Origin: Tubulanus polymorphus
Lineage: Eukaryota > Animalia > Nemertea
Assembly (NCBI RefSeq): GCF_964204645.1
Contig: NC_134027.1
Location: forward strand, 18,376,560-18,440,559
Direction of reading: 5' to 3'
Length of the DNA: 64,000 nt
The position numbers and the translations under genes were made by a program. The notes below the pieces were generated by a model. That model was not told the DNA's origin. It saw only the letters and a program-made list of their open reading frames with translations, and ran no database searches. How positions within the stretch are numbered: position 1 is the stretch's first letter; every line of letters begins with the position of its first letter. Positions 61,327-64,000 of this stretch are shown here, one piece after another.

Positions 61327-61657
61327 TTTCCAACCTAAAACTACGAGACATAGACGGTCTGAGAATGCTGCAAGCTATGTGAGAAATTTCGGTTATTAAT
61401 TTGTAAAATGTATTGATATGATATGGAAGGCCAACTGCTGAATTCCATTGGTACCATCAGAACCAAATGCGCGCTAATTGCCATCTACCTGAAATATACA
61501 AATGTCAATATTATGTTATAAACAAATAGATATGAAAAAAATGCAAATTTCTGCTTGATACAACTTACATTTGAATGGGAAAAATCGGCTATAAAACATC
61601 TGCTATGTCTGACAAATAACTAACGAATGCTATAAAACAAAAAATATATTATCTTAA

Positions 61658-62149
61658 TCCTTTAACTGGCAATCGGTCGCTAGTGACCGATTTGAATAGA
61701 CAAGCTATAGTGAATAGAATAGTCAAGTATTGATTTCAGTGAAGCATTCTAACTCATTTTCCTATCAGCAGATGGCGACACCAGACGGCAGAATATCGTT
61801 AGTAGTAATGGCCAATGCACTAAAGACGTTCTCTAGTGAGTTTGGCTGATAATTTGGACTAAGTAATGAAAGATTCTGATGATAATTCGTATTGGGATGA
61901 ATTTCATGACATTTTTTATTATGGGTGGCCCAAAAATCTGGATGACCTTGGGATCTGTGACCTTGGGGTCAGACCCTGAAGGTAACCCCCAAAATTCGCA
62001 AACATGGTATCACTTGAAAGCTTGTGAAAAGAGCTTTCACAAAAAACATACAGTATGGGGTTATCCCTCATATCTACTGAGTTATTAAGTTTTCCCCTTG
62101 CAAGGTCCAAAATCACTCATAGGCCGAAAAATACTTGCCGGTTAAAGGG
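61658..62149. mobile_element. piggyBac-type MITE
   Basis: TTAA|TCCTTTAACTGGCAA ... TTGCCGGTTAAAGGG|TTAA. Confidence 0.75.
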
Positions 62150-62371
62150 TTAAACATAAAATTAACAATTCAAAGACTTGTGGCAATCGTCCAACACATT
62201 ATACATAGGTCCCTAGTACGCTAAACACTGACTGAACCAGACCACCTGATGTCCTCTCAAGCAAAATTGAATTCGACCTTAGATGTGAGACGCATGAAAA
62301 TGAGCCGTAGGCTGGTTTTCCACGAGAAACGGATCAAACAAATTTATTTCCCCTCAGCCGTTTCCACATCG

Positions 62372-62579
62372 AATGAGGATGTGCCACTTTGGAAATAGCA
62401 TTACCTTCCAAAATATAATAGTTGTTCATGGGTTCATGGTCCCTCTAAGTGCTCGGAAAACGCTTTTAATTTCTAAAATTTTCACTCTCGTGAGTGCTGA
62501 GGGCTACGCCATCAGCTGGTTCGCTTGTCTAACTCGAGAAAAAAACCGCAGATTTTATAGGTCAGCGTTCTCATCTCTG
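62372..62579 (+). mobile_element. Truncated right-end copy of the 56269-57006 hAT-type MITE
   Basis: Matches 56750-57006 with an internal deletion; ends TTCTCATCTCTG. Confidence 0.75.
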
Positions 62580-64000
62580 ATTCGAACCCCAATAGTATAT
62601 GGTTATCTAGACAACGAATTCCTCAGAATACTGTACAGAATTCAATATCTTCCCATTTGAAATGCTTGGGTATTTGGAGTATGAATTTCGGGAGGCCAAA
62701 AGAACACGATTTGGTGTCCCACATCATCAAATCTTATAGTATTATGTGGACGCCTTGACTATTTACTACAAAATAACAGGAACTTGTAATACATGAAAAT
62801 AAATTGGAATGAGCTATTCTGTATCGGGATGAATTTGAATTTTCCCTTGAATTTTCTGAGGAGTAATAGAAACTATGTGGTGAAATTCCTAGACGTATCG
62901 GCCCCACTCCGCGCGGTTGCGCCACCGCGCAGGATTTAAGCGAAGCAGCAAACACAAACATGGCCACTCTCTCAATTTTCAATGATAGAAATCGTGTGAT
63001 CATTTCAATTATTTCCGCTGTTAGGGTTTTAAGGCACAATTTAAGTTGATGATGTGATATGGCGATGTTAATTAATGATAATTCCGCAGTGAAGCTAGTC
63101 ACGAACAGTGCCGATTGAGTGTACAGCTGCCAAAAACACTAAAATGTGCGTAGTTGCGTAACTATTTGCAGTGAATTGCAGACGAAACATGAAACATAAC
63201 GGCCGTTAAAATAAATTAAAATATACCAATCGCAATTGTAAAATAAAAATGAGATAGAACCTAAGTTAAAATTCTGGCCATTTCTGAAATGTTATTACTA
63301 ATTTTTAGTCAGTGCCGAACGTTAAGTTTTCCAACAATAATGAGGGGTGGTATGTAGTCATGCAATTCAAGTCATCATTTATTACACGTTACTTCCGTGT
63401 TGTTGAAAATCTCGCGAGTCCTGGACCAAACCCCATTGAACAATGTGATCTGTGTGCTGGCCACAAATGCACACAGATCACACTACACTACCCATTACAC
63501 ACTCCAGTACCCACAGCTTTCATATATCCATCCAAATATTTAGAGTGTCTTTCTTCCTGGGTGCTAATGGGATAACGCTGTCATAGGAAATATTTCCTTA
63601 CATAGAATTGGAATATTACCAGTCTTCTGTTCAGAGTAACATATTGAAACCTGACAATCTGTCTACTCATACTAGTGCCTATGCATATTTTGTAACCACT
63701 ATCAATTGCAAGTTTGTAGCTTATGACATGATTGTGTAAAGTTACGACGTCATTTTGCCATCCCATGTGGGGACTAAAGAAGACAGCTTATGCATGGTCC
63801 TCTTGAAACTTTGCATGATGCAGCTTGGAATTCTTTATGGATTTTTTTCGAAACGGGGTTTGCAGATTGGGACCGGTGAGATGACCAGCTCGATTGAAAA
63901 TGGAGCTTATTGTCCTTCCTATATGCTCGATAAGGTGGCCATCTTGAATTTTTGTTAATTTCTTTATGCAATGACCGATTTCTCTCAAATTTTGCATGAG

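Noticed and set aside
62734-63102. 122-aa minus-strand ORF
   Set aside because: Non-ATG start and no recognisable domain, in intronic repeat-like DNA.

Overview
AT-rich, intron-containing eukaryotic DNA, most likely from an invertebrate animal (inferred from the TE repertoire and Nup93 sequence); it is not prokaryotic. One host gene is recognisable: five N-terminal coding exons of nucleoporin Nup93 (+ strand, 38205-55925, continuing beyond the window). Nearly everything else is nested mobile DNA. (1) An intact Ty3/Gypsy LTR retrotransposon (5571-13476, - strand; identical 192-bp LTRs, TGTA TSD, tRNA-Leu PBS, -1 frameshift signal) carries, in the env position, an ORF3 with a coiled coil, basic patch and SGNH/GDSL esterase fold. 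It sits inside an older element with ~400-bp TIRs. (2) A two-gene PIF/Harbinger element (transposase plus Myb/SANT). (3) A spliced hAT transposon with a 6-bp TSD in Nup93 intron 3, plus a MITE that also has a 6-bp TSD. (4) An ORF-less 1.84-kb element with split direct repeats (A1-B1A2-B2) and a loxP-like junction, i.e. a putative non-autonomous tyrosine-recombinase retroelement. (5) Several Helentron-type elements whose tandem repeats contain CTCF-like motifs. (6) A 5'-inverted LINE fragment and many MITEs. All calls are by eye; no database searches were run.
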